NCBI GenBank assembly: GCA_963787125.1
Contig: CAWBBV010000001.1
Location: 160,001-224,000, forward strand
Origin: an uncultured delta proteobacterium
GTDB lineage: Bacteria; Desulfobacterota; Desulfuromonadia; Geobacterales; DSM-12255
Direction of reading: 5' to 3'
Length of the DNA stretch: 64,000 nt
The translations under genes and the position numbers were made by a program. Within the stretch, counting starts at the first letter, position 1. Each line of letters begins with the position of its first letter. Below, piece after piece: positions 49,457 through 59,502 of this stretch. The notes below the pieces were generated by a model. It was not told the origin of the DNA. It did no database searches and saw only the letters and a list, made by a program, of their open reading frames with translations.

Positions 49457-51716
49457 GCGTCAAAACCCACTATACCGCCAAGGAACTGGCCGGACTACCG
49501 GGAATGCCTGAGAGCATTAAAGGTGTAATTGCACGTAATTATCCTTCCCAGCCAATTAAAAAGAAAAACGGCACAGACAGTAAATATCTGGAATACGCCC
49601 TTGCCTCCCTCCCGGCTGCCACTGTCAAGGCGCTGACCGGCAAAACCGGCAAAATAATCAAACTCCACCCTGAAATCGAACAGGCCGAAAAAGAACAACA
49701 ACGCCTCGACGCCCGTGCCCAGGGGATGGAACTGTTTAACCGTCTCCCCCTTGAAAAACAGCGCCCAGTCCAGGCAAAAATAGAACTGATCGCCGCCGCC
49801 GAGCGCTATCTGCGCAGTTGCCGGATAAACCGCACCGCCGGACAGAACGCCTTTGTTCATGAATATAACCTGGGGCGAAGCGACGCCCCCGCCTGGGTGC
49901 GTGACCATATCCGCCACCTCCACGCCAGTACCCTGCGCGACTGGATCGCCACTGAAGATTCTTTAGGGATAGTCGGTCTGGTGGATTGCTACGGCAACCG
50001 CAAAGACCAGGGGATCATTGAGACCTGGAACGCCACCACCCTGGCAAACGGCACGGTAAAAGCCCCCATGGCCGACACCCTGAGAGCTCTCCTGCTTCAG
50101 TACCCCAAGATCAACGAGAAAAAGGCCAACGAAGCGCTGCGCGGCATCCTTCCCGGAGCCCCCTATATCTCCGGCAAAACCGTCAAGCGCTACCTGGACA
50201 AATGGATAGCGAATAATGCCCAGCAGTACGCTATTGCCGTTAATCCCGATGATTACAAGAACCGGATGCAGCCCGCCTTTGGCTCCCGCTCTGAAGGGAT
50301 CGACGGCCCCAACCAGCTCTGGGAAATCGACGCCACCCCGGCGGATCTGCTCCTGATTGATGGCCGCTACAAGATCATCGGCGTTACCGATGTGGGCGTC
50401 GCCCGTCTGAAATATTACGTCACCAAAACAGAAAAAGCGCGGGACAACGCCTTTGCCATCCGCAACTGCCTGCTTGATTGGGGCGTCCCCAAAAACGGCA
50501 CCATCACCACCGACCAGGGGAGCGCCTACATCGGCGAGCACTTCAGCCGCGTCCTATCCGATCTGGATATCCACCAGCACATCTGCCAGCCCTTCAGCGG
50601 TGATGAAAAGCCGCATATCGAGCGCAGTTTCCGCACCTGGAGTCACGACCTGATCGAACTGACCCCCGGCTATTGCGGCCACAACGTCGCCGACAAAAAA
50701 GAGATCGAAGCCCGCAAAACCTTTGCCCAGCGCCTCATGACCAAAGGGGCAGAGATCGAAGTCTCTTTAACTTCCACTCAGCTGCAGGCCCAGATAGACC
50801 GCTGGATCGCCACCTATCACAACACCGTCCACTCGCGCCTGCAGAAAACACCCAACCAGGCACTTGCCCAGTGGAACGGTCAGCTCTACCACATCAGCGA
50901 CGAACGCGCCCTGGATGTGCTCCTCTGCGAAGCCGTCCGCCGGGGGGCAAACTGCCGATCATCGGCAAAAAAGGGATCAAGGTCAATGGCGGCAACTATA
51001 TCCATACGGCGCTGCATGACCGCGTCGGCGAAAAGTGCCGCGCCTTTCAGGACCCCTCAGATTTGGGGCGGATCATCGTCCACATCCTGAACAGCAGTCA
51101 CAATATCTGGGAATTCCTCTGTATCGCCGAAGACCCGGCCAGAACCGGCATCTCCATGGCCGAGGTCGCCACGGTTACCCGCCACCTGCACAACGACCAT
51201 AAAAAAGAGATGCTGCGCCTTAATCGGGAAATTAAGAAGGAGATCAAGGGGATTGATATCGTTGATAAAGTCATGAACCACAGGGAGAAAATCGCAGCCC
51301 AGGCAGCTACGGCCCAAGCGAACGTCGTCTACCTGCCCAAAAAGAGCATTGAGTACAGCTCGCCCGGCCTCACTGCCGCACGGCAGGCATACCAGGCGAT
51401 GGAAGGGCGCACCGTCATTAATCACCCCCCCGAGCTTCAGGCAAAGCGCCTGACTGCCGCCACCCAAAAGGCAGAGCAAGAGCCGGTCAAAACCATAACC
51501 CGTCTCACTAAAGTAGTGCAGCTGCCTGGCACCGAGAAATTCATCGTCCCGGAAGGGCGGCGCGAGCGCTGGAATCTTTGGCTGCAGCTGCACAACAGGA
51601 TTGTGGCAATGGACGAGTTAAATCACGAGGAAATGAAGTTTTACAGCAGTTTTAAGGGGAGTCCCATCTGGGTCAGCTTTGCCAAGCCTCTGAAATTTGC
51701 CGGCACACAAAATTAA
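49453..51716 (+). CDS. MuA-like DDE transposase (apparent -1 frameshift near 50942-50973)
   Basis: N-terminal Mu DNA-binding motif (TAKELAGLPGMP), WEIDATP, TDQGSAY, KPHIER, YHN..HS; C-terminal domain continues in frame 50673..51716. Confidence 0.9.
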
Positions 51717-51782
51717 ACCCCACCGGGTGCAACCGGAAGGGTTTTGGGGCTCACGCCCATTACTACCAAAGGAGGATCAACA

Positions 51783-52568
51783 ATGTCACAAAACCAGCAG
51801 CATGTCAATCTGGACGTCACCCTCAACCCGGCAACCGCCAACCTGCTCAATGTCAGCCTGGCCATAGAGCTGGCCGAGGTCGCCATCAACCGGCGCAACC
51901 GCAGCCTGCCCGGCGTCGTCTGCTACAGCGGCCACTCGGGTCTAGGCAAAAGTACCGCTGCCGACTTCGTCGCCCTCACCTATCGCGGCTACTATGTCGA
52001 ATTTGCCAAACACTGGCGCAAACAGGAGCTGGTAGAGCGGATCATGTTCGTCATGGGCATTTCCAAAACCAAAGAGCTGAAAAACCTCACCGCCTGCATC
52101 GATGAGATCACCGCCGAACTCAGTGTCAGTAACCGCCCCCTCATTATCGATGAATTCGACCAGCTGACCGACCGGGACAACAGTGCCGATTACCTGGAGA
52201 TTATCCGCTACATCGCCAAACGCTCCAAAGGCTCTATCATGCTCATCGGCGAGGAAGGGCTCCCCCAGAAACTGGCCAAATACGAGAAATTCCACAACAT
52301 CATCCTCGACTGGAAACAGGCCGTCACCGCCGACATCGGCGACTGCCAGATACTGGCCCGCCACTACTACCCCGGCCTTGAGATCCATGACGACCTGCTG
52401 GGCAAGACCGTGCGTGACTGCCACGGCATCACCCGCCGCATCTGCACCAACCTGGAGGCCTTTGCCACCGAAGCCGACAGCCTCGGCATCACCTCAATAG
52501 GCCTGGCAGAGTGGGGCGCACGAGGGCTCAACACCGGCGCACCGCCAAAAGTGAGGAGCCTGAAATGA
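51783..52568 (+). CDS. MuB-like AAA+ transposition ATPase
   Basis: GHSGLGKS Walker A, LIIDEFD Walker B, LIGEE.LP.KL, G.TRRI..NL. Confidence 0.9.
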   Translation: MSQNQQHVNLDVTLNPATANLLNVSLAIELAEVAINRRNRSLPGVVCYSGHSGLGKSTAADFVALTYRGYYVEFAKHWRKQELVERIMFVMGISKTKELKNLTACIDEITAELSVSNRPLIIDEFDQLTDRDNSADYLEIIRYIAKRSKGSIMLIGEEGLPQKLAKYEKFHNIILDWKQAVTADIGDCQILARHYYPGLEIHDDLLGKTVRDCHGITRRICTNLEAFATEADSLGITSIGLAEWGARGLNTGAPPKVRSLK

Positions 52569-53173
52569 AACTGGTCAACCCCACCCAAATAGACGAAATC
52601 CGCGCCGGCGTCTGGAAGATCATCCGCCGCGATAACATCGCCCATGTCACTGACATCTGCGCCGAGCTTAACCTTGATGTCGCAAGCGTCCGGGACTATA
52701 TCCGCGGCCTCATTGCCGCCGGGTATCTGCAAGCCCTCCCCAAAGGGGACAAAGGCCCTTTAGGGCCCAAGGGCCCAAAACCGGCAGTAGAGCTGTGCAT
52801 CGACTGCGGCCTGGAAGCGCCCAAAGTCAACAAACATGGCAAGCTACTCAAGGACGGCATCGAGCGCGACCAGCTCTGGCAGGCCATGGGGCTTTATGCC
52901 GGTCGCGGCCAACGCTTCACCCTGCGCGATCTCACCCTCATCACCTCAGCCAGTGAAGCCGAAACGCGGCAATATCTCCAGGATCTCTTTGACGCCGGCA
53001 TCGTCACCCGCATGGCCGGCAACGCTGTCACGCCTGCCAGCTACCACCTCTCTATCCGTAAATGGACCGGGCCGAAAACACCACAAGTGCAGCGCCTGCG
53101 CTGTATCTACGACCCGAACAACGGCGATATTACCCATCTAAAGGTGCTGGCAGTCGAGCGGGGTGGCAAATGA
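52565..53173 (+). CDS. Tandem winged-helix protein of Mu-like phages
   Basis: RDYIRGL.AAGYL, G.EAP.V, QLW.AM, TGPK.PQVQR...YDPN. Confidence 0.7.
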   Translation: MKLVNPTQIDEIRAGVWKIIRRDNIAHVTDICAELNLDVASVRDYIRGLIAAGYLQALPKGDKGPLGPKGPKPAVELCIDCGLEAPKVNKHGKLLKDGIERDQLWQAMGLYAGRGQRFTLRDLTLITSASEAETRQYLQDLFDAGIVTRMAGNAVTPASYHLSIRKWTGPKTPQVQRLRCIYDPNNGDITHLKVLAVERGGK

Positions 53174-53526
53174 GCCCTCCTCCCTACACCTTTGAATACA
53201 TCAAACCGATACTGGAGCGCGCCATCGCCGCGCGTAACGGCGCCAACGGCAGCGGCGGCCAAGTCGCCCTGGCAACTGAGTTCGGCTGTGAAAGCAGCCT
53301 GATCTGCCAGCTATTGAGCAACATCTACCCCAATCCGCACAAGAAGTGGTGGCCGCTGATTGTAGAGCGCTACGGCAGTGAAACCGTCGAATGTCCGGCT
53401 CGTGGCGTTATCTCCCGCAAAGAGTGCGGCCATGAAAAGGCTCTCCCCCTCTCACCTTGTCCCTCCGGCAGCTATATGGACCAACGCATCGCCTGCCGGA
53501 ACTGCCCGCACGGAGGTAAATCATGA
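53170..53526 (+). CDS. HTH plus Cys-rich phage protein
   Basis: Q..LA.E.G...S.I.Q.L...YP, V.CP..G.I....C, AC..CPH. Confidence 0.7.
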   Translation: MSPPPYTFEYIKPILERAIAARNGANGSGGQVALATEFGCESSLICQLLSNIYPNPHKKWWPLIVERYGSETVECPARGVISRKECGHEKALPLSPCPSGSYMDQRIACRNCPHGGKS

Positions 53527-53828
53527 ATACTTCGACTCCGCTCAGCAACCGCTGCCCAAAATGTACCACCGGTCGCCTCTTCCCTGATCACAGCTACGAC
53601 GTCCCGGCCGTGCACTGCTTCTCGTGCGGCTTCCTGATCCTGGGTGAGCGGCCCGTTCTCATGAAAGGCATCCCGCCCGTCGGCAAGCAGCTCTCCATGT
53701 CCCCCGCAGCGGTCTACGACCGGGAGCTGCGCGCCCGTGTAAAAGCAAATGGCGGTCCACTGCGCCTTCGGCCCCAGAGGGTCAGGAAACAGACCCTGAA
53801 TTGCCGGAAAAAGGAGGTTAACCCATGA
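53523..53828 (+). CDS. Zn-ribbon hypothetical phage protein
   Basis: CPKC...CFSCG; ATGA coupling. Confidence 0.6.
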   Translation: MNTSTPLSNRCPKCTTGRLFPDHSYDVPAVHCFSCGFLILGERPVLMKGIPPVGKQLSMSPAAVYDRELRARVKANGGPLRLRPQRVRKQTLNCRKKEVNP

Positions 53829-54063
53829 ACACCCTTAAGGGTACAAGCCGCATCACCCGTGAAGAAGTCGCCGTTATCACCCTTTTTGCCCTCATCTGCT
53901 TTGCGCTGGCGCCGTCAGCGGCTGGTCAACCCGGGTTGTCAGCAGCCGCGACAAATTCCTCGTCTCCACCGCCCAGAAGCATTTCAGCGAAGCTGAGTAT
54001 TACCAGGCGCAGATTAACCAGATCATTAAAGAGGGTTCAAAACCACTTAAAGGAGAGAAGTAA
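53825..54063 (+). CDS. Hypothetical membrane protein, apparent frameshift near 53910
   Basis: TM segment, then continuation in another frame ending at a TAATG junction with the next gene. Confidence 0.4.
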
Positions 54064-54661
54064 TGACCACAGACCAGTATATGACCGATGCCCATGGCCG
54101 CCTCGTCCCCGTCGAGCTTGTTAAACCGATTGACAAACTCCGCGACGAACTCGTCAAAGATCTCGTCCATGATGCCCTGATGATAGCTGCGGGATAACCG
54201 CCTTCAAACTCGCCGCCTTTACCCATATAGCCGACTTCGTCTCTGTCTCCGCCCAGGATCACGGCCTTAACTGGGGCGGTAAGAAAGGCAACATCAACCT
54301 CACCAGAGTCGACGGCAACTTGATGATCATCCGCGCCATGGATGAATACAACACCTTCAACGAGCAGCGGCAGGTGGCCGAAGAGTTGATCGTTCAGTGT
54401 ATCCACCGCTGGTCCGAAGGCTCAAACCCTCACATTCGTGTTCTGGTTCAGGATGCTTTCCAGGTGGATAAAAAAGGCCAGGTCAATATCAAACGCATTC
54501 TCGGCCTGCGGCGTCTCGATATCGAAGACGAAGAGTGGCAGGAGGCGATGAAAGCCATCTCCGACAGCCTTCAGGTGGCCGGGACAAAGGAATATTTGCG
54601 GATCTATAAAAAGGACGCGTCAGGCGAGTATCAGCAGATCAGTCTCGATCTGGCGAGGTGA
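54063..54661 (+). CDS. DUF3164 family protein, frameshifted near 54190
   Basis: MTDAHGRLVP.ELVKPIDKLRDELV followed by GGKKGNI.L, DAFQVDK.G, W.EAM.AI.DS...K.Y.R.Y. Confidence 0.8.
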
Positions 54662-54824
54662 CGCTATGGGAATTTTACTGCGTGAAATTGAAGTCGGACA
54701 GTCGGGGCTCTGAAAACATTTCTGGCCGGCCTGCCGGACGATATGGAGGTTACTGATGCCGTCGGCGAGCTGCTCTGCCTGCGTATCTTAACATCGACGA
54801 TGAGCAAGTCCTGGAGGTGCAGTA

Positions 54825-55013
54825 ATGGCCAAAACCGTCGAAGGCTACATCAATACCAGCGTCGATGACTTGCGCATCTCTCTGCCCTACGAAAAAGACC
54901 TGAGCCTGCTGCGCCGGCTCTTCACCCGCTGTCACGACCTGGCGCTTACCAGTCGGGCAAAGATAGTCGATCGGCGCATTAAAGAGCTGAAAAAGGAGAT
55001 TACCAATGGCTAG
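54825..55013 (+). CDS. Hypothetical phage protein
   Basis: RBS GGAGG; coupled to neighbours. Confidence 0.55.
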   Translation: MAKTVEGYINTSVDDLRISLPYEKDLSLLRRLFTRCHDLALTSRAKIVDRRIKELKKEITNG

Positions 55014-55140
55014 TAAAACCTGCGCGACCTGCGCCAACGCAACCCACAAAATGACCACTGAACCGTGCGTCACCTGTATCGAGCAGGGCGATAGTAAGAA
55101 AGCGCCCCACTACAGCATGTGGACGGCTAAAGAGGCGTAA
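55006..55140 (+). CDS. 44-aa CxxC..PCxxC phage protein
   Basis: RBS AGGAG; MASKTCATC...EPCVTC. Confidence 0.55.
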   Translation: MASKTCATCANATHKMTTEPCVTCIEQGDSKKAPHYSMWTAKEA

Positions 55141-55233
55141 TTAACTGCGAAACAGGCAAATTGACAAATTTGTCAATTTGCCTGTTATCCGGAGGTGGCG
55201 CTTCGGATCTGATGAGCAGCCAAAGGAAAAGAC

Positions 55234-55491
55234 ATGGCCATGCACGCCGCTAATCTCGACGACAGCCCGCGCCTGAAAAAGGTACTCAACTACCTCCGCT
55301 ATTACGGCGTCCGCACCACCATGGAGATTGCCACCGGCTGCCATGTCTGCGCCGTCAACTCCATCATCGCCGAACTGCGGGAAAATGGCTTTACGGTCAA
55401 CTGCACGGCAGTCAAAGGCCAGCGGGGCGTCTATCAGTACCAATTGATCGAAGGCGAGCAGCCGGCGCTTTTTGGAGGCTGCAATGGATAA
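55234..55491 (+). CDS. Winged-helix phage protein
   Basis: AA.L..SPRL..VL..L....TT.EI....CAVNSIIAELR.NG..V.C. Confidence 0.7.
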   Translation: MAMHAANLDDSPRLKKVLNYLRYYGVRTTMEIATGCHVCAVNSIIAELRENGFTVNCTAVKGQRGVYQYQLIEGEQPALFGGCNG

Positions 55492-55986
55492 CAATGACCA
55501 GATCGTTCCTTTAGACCCGAGAGGGTCCCGCTCAGTCCAGGGTTATGCGCTCCAGCAGGGCGGCTACGTCCCCCGCCGGGTGCTCGGTGTCCAACACCTA
55601 GCCCAGTGGAAGAATTACCGAGATGACAGTCATGCCTGGCTCTGCAAGCTGATCGGTTTCGCCTTCCAGACCTTTGTCATAATGGCGCTCACGGCGAGCC
55701 GGCTGCGGAAATGCTCCCCCTGACCGCCCAGCTCTGGGTGGATGTCCTGGTCGATATGAACATTGAGGAAGAGCTGGACCGTCTCAGAGTCGAGACGGGG
55801 ATCCGCAAGCTCAACCGCATCCTCAAAGAGTGGCCGCAAGTCGCCTCTCTGCTGGCTGAAATGCCCCGGCGGGAGGCTGCCGGCGTTGTTCCCGGTACGG
55901 TGAAAGTACAACCAAGCTGCTCTCCGGAGGCGGAGGCCGCCGGGCTGGCTGCGCTGGCTGAGTGGAAGAAAGAGCGGAAGCTATAA
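55484..55986 (+). CDS. Hypothetical Mu-like protein, frameshifted near 55690
   Basis: Adjacent ORFs join as ...LDGEPAAEMLPLTAQLW...EWP if one base is restored. Confidence 0.55.
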
Positions 55987-56010
55987 AAAAGACGCGGGGA
56001 GTGTACCAAA

Positions 56011-56276
56011 ATGACTGGTAACGAATTTAAACTAGCACGAAAGCTGCGCCTTAAATATAGCCAGGCAGAGCTGGCCATCGCCATGAAGACCTCGAAGCGA
56101 ACCCTTCAGGATATCGAGGCCCAGGGCGATAAAGAGATCAAAGGCGTTTATGCCGTCTGCATCGAGCTGCTGATCTGGAAAGGCGTCGTACTATGCAGGG
56201 TATTATCGAAAAGGTCGAACGGGATCTGGACAATAAATATCCAGGTGGCATTCAAAGCGCATCAGGTAAGGACTAA
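56011..56276 (+). CDS. XRE-family HTH protein, frameshifted near 56180
   Basis: MTG.EFK.AR..L..SQAELA..M..S.RT..D.E. Confidence 0.6.
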
Positions 56277-56279
56277 CCC

Positions 56280-56716
56280 ATGTCCACCCCCATTCAAATC
56301 AAGTTGATTCACACTTTAAAGGGCGCTTTAAGCCTTGATAACGATACCTACCGGGCCATTCTCGCCGGGTATGGTGTCGCCTCCTCCAAGGACTTGAGCC
56401 TATCCAAGGCCGGCCTGCTCCTCAAAGATCTGGAAGAAAAGGCCATTGCCGCCGGTGTCTGGAAAAATAAACAGAAAAAACCGGCCAAAGCCTGGCAGCC
56501 GCCCCAGAATATGGCCGGGGGAGAATCCCGCGCCTGCAGCTGCAGAAGATCGAAGCGCTCCTCACTATCGGCAAGCTCCCCTGGAGCTATGCCGACGCCA
56601 TCGCCAAGCAGATGCGCCTGGCCGATAAAATCGCCTGGGTGAAAGCAGCCGACCTGTACCGGATCATTACCGCGCTGACCAAAAAAGCACAAAAAGAGGG
56701 GTGGGCGCTTGTATAA
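56280..56716 (+). CDS. GemA/Mu gp16 (DUF1018) regulator, frameshifted near 56533
   Basis: QIKLIH..K..L.LD.DTYRA.L....V.SSKDL; downstream frame KIEALL.....W.YADAIAK.M. Confidence 0.8.
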
Positions 56717-56728
56717 GGAGCTACAGCT

Positions 56729-57150
56729 ATGAGTTGGCGCGATAATATCGATGTTTCCGAGTTGCCCGAAATCTACCGGACAATAGCCGACGCCATCGGC
56801 CCGGCCGCCATGATTCTTTTGGCAGAGCGCTGCCAGAAGATGCACCTCTATCTGAAACGGCTGCCGGCAGAGATCGACCCAGGCAACCTCTCGAAGATTA
56901 CCGCCTCGTCAGCGGCGTTATCGGCTGGGATAATAGTGTCAAGCTGGCTGCGGCGCTAACCAGTGAAACCTTTTACTTGAAAGCCGCAGATGTAGTCTTT
57001 CTCCCCGCCAAGATTCGCTACATCAGGGACAACTTCACCGGCGCGAATCACCGCCGCCTCTGCCTTGAAACCGGCCTGTCACAAGTCTATATCTACGAAA
57101 TTCTCCGCACTAAAAGCTGGGAACAACTGCCGCTGTTTGCTGCGGCATAA
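56729..57150 (+). CDS. Mor/C-family transcription activator, frameshifted near 56890
   Basis: ELPE.YR.IAD.IG duplicated N-terminal unit; C-terminal IRDNFTG.NHRRL..ETGLS...IYEIL. Confidence 0.8.
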
Positions 57151-57352
57151 CGGCCATGTGCTTGACCCGCCGTGCCTTATCGGGCGGCGTCCGAGCACTG
57201 GTTATCTGCGGAGGTGGATTACATGGAAGTGCAAGGCTTTGAGGTCAAGGTAGTCGATTGTTGGAATCTCAAGTGCAAATTTCGAGGCTTAGAAGGATGC
57301 ACACTGGATAGAATTACAATCGGTGGCAGTGGAACATGCAAGGAGTGTGATT

Positions 57353-57583
57353 ATGAGTAATTTGACCATGAAGGTCACGGCTGACCCTGGCTCACACCTG
57401 GACAAGGTTTGCATGGAATTGACGCGGCTGGCTACGGTTACGGGTGTCCGTGCAGAATGCCAATTCAACGGCACGGCCTTGATTGCCAAACCGAATGACA
57501 ACCCGTTCTATCTGGCAAGGGCGTTTGAGAATCGCAAGGAAGATGTCAAGTTTGTTTTTTCACACATGGGGATGCACGGATAG
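57353..57583 (+). CDS. Hypothetical phage protein
   Basis: RBS AAGGAG; FNG..L.A.P motif. Confidence 0.55.
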   Translation: MSNLTMKVTADPGSHLDKVCMELTRLATVTGVRAECQFNGTALIAKPNDNPFYLARAFENRKEDVKFVFSHMGMHG

Positions 57584-57633
57584 GAGATAACATAAAGCTC
57601 AGCTGCGAGCAGCGCGAGTCTGCTGCAGCGGCA

Positions 57634-57671
57634 GTTATGCCCCCGCCATAACTCTTAACCCCGCATAAGAT
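57634..57671 (+). promoter_or_regulatory. Candidate Mor/C-activated late promoter
   Basis: Dyad GTTATG-N7-CATAAC followed by TAAGAT -10 element, upstream of the lysis genes. Confidence 0.5.
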
Positions 57672-57726
57672 AACATTCCCCCGCTCCTGTTGTACGGTGC
57701 AGCTGCACCGGACAACAGGAGTAATC

Positions 57727-58303
57727 ATGAACATCATCGAAGTCTTTACCAAGGTCATTTTAGCCAACGAGCTGGACGGTTCCACCGCCCACATTTACAA
57801 ATTCTCCGACCCGGATGGCATCCAGACCGGCAAGAGCGGCTGGTCGTTCGGCCTCTGCCAGTTCGACATCAACAACAATCCCACCGCCATTCTCTGCCTG
57901 CGCGACTGCGGCTTTACCGTCGATGAAATCGACCGGCTGCGTCACCAGACGCTCCAGGACATGAAGCCGATGAATATCAAACTCCTGGCGAACTGCACCA
58001 CCGTTGACCGCTACGACGATCAGCAGCTGGGGGAATGTCTCCAGGTGCCGGTCAACCTCTGTAAAAACTCCGCCATCAAGCTCGATCCCTCCGGCGTTAT
58101 CGCCCTTGCCGACTATCATAACCAGTTTTATATGAGCCGTGGCGGCAAGATGCATAATTATCTCAAGACCCTCCAGCGACCGGTCACTGCTGATGACATC
58201 TATCAGTTTATTCTCACGCTCCCCTGGGCTGAAGCGCCGTGACGACGTTGTGCGTCGCCATGAAAACATTATCCGTATTCTCAAGGAGGCCGGCAATGCT
58301 TAA
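57727..58303 (+). CDS. Putative endolysin (lysozyme-like), frameshifted near 58228
   Basis: First late gene; NE...GKSGWSFG..QFD and ADYHNQ motifs; RBS AGGAG. Confidence 0.6.
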
Positions 58304-58696
58304 CCCAAACCTGTACGCCCGCAAACCTATATTACCGCCTCGCCGGAAGTTCGCGCCGCCGCCGTCAACGGCTGCGGCCCCGGCGGCTGGAAGCTGGACA
58401 TCATCCCCGACAGCATCTACGGCCTGGACGTCACTGCCGCCTGCAACATCCACGACTGGATGTATACCGTCGGCGGGTCACTGGCCGACAAAGACGAAGC
58501 CGACCGGGTCTTCTTGAATAACCTGCTGCGCTTGATTGAGGCGGTTGACTCCGTTTGGCTGCTGCGCAAACTCCGCCGTGCCCGTGCCCGCACCTATTAC
58601 GAGGCGGTTCATATCTTCGGTGGCCCGGCCTTCTGGGCAGGTAAAAACGATAAACTAAACCTGGTGCCGGCAGCAGTTGCCGGTATCCGGGGCTAA
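58296..58696 (+). CDS. DUF1353/phospholipase A2-like phage protein, frameshifted near 58320
   Basis: NGCGP.G...IPD...G.....ACNIHDWMY...K.EADRVFL.N...YY.AV..FG..AFW. Confidence 0.7.
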
Positions 58697-58708
58697 TCGG
58701 AGGTAATC

Positions 58709-59110
58709 ATGAGCTTTGCATCTTTTTTCAGGAACTTCGGGCACAACTTCAAGGCGGATCCGGCTTCATCCCTCAAAGGTATCGTCTCTCTGGCCGCCGC
58801 CGGGGCAACCGCCTACGGCATGGTCACCGGCAAAGTCCCGGTCAATGAACTCTCCCTGGGCGCTGCCTCAGCTATGGCAACCAGCGGTATACATGCCCTG
58901 GGGAGCGATACCGTTGCCGCGCCGCTCCTTGAAGGTGTCACCCTGACTTCAATCCTGGCTGAAGTCGTCCCGCGTCTCCCTACCGTTGCCGAGCACTACG
59001 AAGCCATCCGCCAGGAAGGGGGCGAAGCTGCGGCTACCTTGGCCACCATCGCCGAATGCTCCGCGCTGCTGGAAGAGATCACCGCCAAACAGGCAGCAGT
59101 CAAGCCATGA
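58709..59110 (+). CDS. Holin-like or membrane protein
   Basis: Two hydrophobic helices near the N-terminus within the lysis cassette. Confidence 0.45.
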   Translation: MSFASFFRNFGHNFKADPASSLKGIVSLAAAGATAYGMVTGKVPVNELSLGAASAMATSGIHALGSDTVAAPLLEGVTLTSILAEVVPRLPTVAEHYEAIRQEGGEAAATLATIAECSALLEEITAKQAAVKP

Positions 59111-59502
59111 AAACCGCCTGCCTGCTGATACTTCTGGCGCTGGCGCTGCTGGCTGTGCCTGCGGCGGCCCTCGACCCCGGCCCCTACGATCTGACCGTCT
59201 ATGCCAATGAAGATTATGTCCTTAACTTGACCCACAAGGCCAGCGACGTCCCGGTCAATCTGACCGGCTACAGCTTCAAGCTGCAGGCGAAGAAAACCGC
59301 CGCTTCGCCGGTCTTTCTGACGTTCTCGACAGCTGTCGTCAACGCCGCTGCCGGCCAGACCCGTCACTGGCTCACTAAGGGCACAACCAGGAACAACGCC
59401 AACAGCGCCGGTATTTACGATCTCATGCAGACCGCCCCCGACGGTAAGGTCAGCTACCGGGTGCAGGGTAAAATCCGTATTCTGGAGACCGTCACCCGAT
59501 GA
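59107..59502 (+). CDS. BppU-like phage adaptor domain with N-terminal signal peptide
   Basis: [25 protein letters not shown]...PVNLTGY...GIYDL....DG......G.I.I...VTR. Confidence 0.7.
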   Translation: MKTACLLILLALALLAVPAAALDPGPYDLTVYANEDYVLNLTHKASDVPVNLTGYSFKLQAKKTAASPVFLTFSTAVVNAAAGQTRHWLTKGTTRNNANSAGIYDLMQTAPDGKVSYRVQGKIRILETVTR

